From a virus (taxonomy: Duplodnaviria > Caudoviricetes): a stretch of DNA of 56,917 nt. Under the pieces are notes generated by a model that saw nothing but the letters and a program-made list of their open reading frames with translations, was not told where the DNA came from and ran no database searches. Positions 55,724-56,917 of the stretch are shown piece by piece. How positions within the stretch are numbered: position 1 is the stretch's first letter; each line of letters opens with the position of its first letter. The DNA is taken from the IMG/VR virus record IMGVR_UViG_3300035660_000009, positions 1 to 56,917 of that record, one strand, 5' to 3'. The translations under genes and the position numbers were made by a program.

Positions 55724-55920
55724 CCTACTCTCCTAATGGGTGTGGAGGCGGTCCACTTTGGAACCCTCTCTCGGAGACCTAACAAGCACACAGCGAAAGG
55801 TTTGAGGAGGTAGGTCTGGAACCCTACACAGCACCGAGTGTAGAACTCACACCTCCGGTTCGCGTAGTGTGTGCATGCCTCACAGACAGCCAACCTAGTC
55901 TTTTTCACGTCCGGACTCAC
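55720..55920 (-). CDS. small six-Cys protein (DUF6171-like pattern; possible maturase substrate)
   Basis: R.AVCEAC......RC....CC.............C.....KW; ATGA overlap with the rSAM gene. Confidence 0.55.
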   Translation of the reverse strand: MSPDVKKTRLAVCEACTHYANRRCEFYTRCCVGFQTYLLKPFAVCLLGLRERVPKWTASTPIRRVG

Positions 55921-56060
55921 TCACGGAACAGTAGTGCCCGTTTCGATGGTCCAGAACAACGACCACCCCATCCTCAAACCCCACCGACAGGATATAACCT
56001 TCCAGGTCAATTGTGATGTAGCGCACCATCACCTATCCACCACCCACACTACATTCGGGT

Positions 56061-56423
56061 TCACCCGCGTAACCGCTCGACCTCGGACCGGAGACTAGAG
56101 ATGGTACCCAAGAGTTCCTTGTGTTGTCTCTCCCTCTCGTATCTCTCACGTTGTTCCTTGATCTGGTGCCTCGCGAGTGCCCATCCACCAACAGCACCCG
56201 CCACCACATACGGATTGGTGGGTTTTGGGTAGAGCGCCATATGGGGAACCCAGAACACGTCCACCAGTTGACCCACCCCGAGGAGACCCAAGGTGAACAA
56301 CCACAGGAAACCGGTAAAGGTCCTCCCGGTGTACAACCTGTGGAGACCACACAAACCGACTGCACACCCCAACCACAGGAGGTACGAGAGGAAGATGCTC
56401 TTCCCTTTAACCTTCGGGTACAT
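56061..56423 (-). CDS. TM2-domain membrane protein
   Basis: KS...SYLLW....GLHRLY.G....G.LWLFT.G..G.G..VD; AAGGAGG RBS. Confidence 0.85.
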   Translation of the reverse strand: MYPKVKGKSIFLSYLLWLGCAVGLCGLHRLYTGRTFTGFLWLFTLGLLGVGQLVDVFWVPHMALYPKPTNPYVVAGAVGGWALARHQIKEQRERYERERQHKELLGTISSLRSEVERLRG

Positions 56424-56482
56424 AGCTGACCTCCTTACGTTTGTGTGCCACACACCCAGGGCCAACTGATTACCCCATTAGG

Positions 56483-56755
56483 TTAAACACTAGGAGGAGT
56501 GGTTGCTTGGTGCGTAACCTTCCGCGACCCAATGCGGAAAGGCCAAAGCAGGACAAGCATGAACACGCACACGCACAGGACGAACAAGGAGGTGACAAGA
56601 CTTTTTTGTGCAACATCCAACGCCAACTGACAGGAACCAGCATTCATCCTCGGTAAACCAACGATAACCCTCACACACTGTGCTATCATAAGAAAGAGTG
56701 TGGGTACGGTGAGGGCAAAAAACACCCACACGACCAACTTGACTTTCGAGTACAT
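56483..56755 (-). CDS. small two-TM membrane protein
   Basis: Two hydrophobic segments; AAGGAGG RBS; promoter motif at 56792. Confidence 0.6.
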   Translation of the reverse strand: MYSKVKLVVWVFFALTVPTLFLMIAQCVRVIVGLPRMNAGSCQLALDVAQKSLVTSLFVLCVCVFMLVLLWPFRIGSRKVTHQATTPPSV

Positions 56756-56917
56756 TGCGAAACCTCCTTGTGCTTGTGCATCGTACACCTGGATTATATG
56801 TCAACCTCCCCACACAACTCCGGAATCACGCGGCCAAAGCCTTGCCATTCAGGTCGTACCAAACCCCATCGTCCATCAGAACTGCGATAATGTGCCCCCT
56901 AGCATCGACACGAAGGT

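Noticed and set aside
109-56656. Long plus-strand ORFs (e.g. 26125-27150, 48428-49465, 53127-54365)
   Set aside because: They lie antisense to well-supported minus-strand genes and have no recognisable motifs.
1-56917. Stop-codon reassignment
   Set aside because: Core genes are full length under the standard code, and TAG, TGA and TAA all end genes at tight junctions.

Overview
A 57-kb segment of a large tailed dsDNA bacteriophage with a T4 gp20-like portal. Essentially all credible genes lie on the minus strand. It carries packaging genes (TerS candidate, TerL, portal) and recombination/replication genes (resolvase, Rad50/Mre11, RecA, gp32-like SSB, UDG-fused PolA, 5'-3' exonuclease, primase-helicase, SF2 helicase, class II RNR, a sigma-like factor). 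A 7-deazaguanine DNA-modification cluster contains queD, queE, folE, an Nmad1-like gene, an intein-interrupted TGT/DpdA-like transglycosylase, a Dam-fold enzyme with DFAW in place of DPPY, and queC. There is also a radical SAM/SPASM plus glycosyltransferase block, a PEP-CTERM protein (suggesting an exosortase-bearing host, possibly Planctomycetota), and several NUMOD3-type homing endonucleases. Non-coding highlights are a promoter-like motif in 14 copies (GGTYGCCATATAATATA on the minus strand), a tRNA-like RNA with an 18-nt anticodon loop directly upstream of polA, and a ~570-nt densely base-paired region with crossing helices (47540-48105) that looks like a large unannotated ncRNA. All product calls come from motif recognition by eye; no database searches were run.
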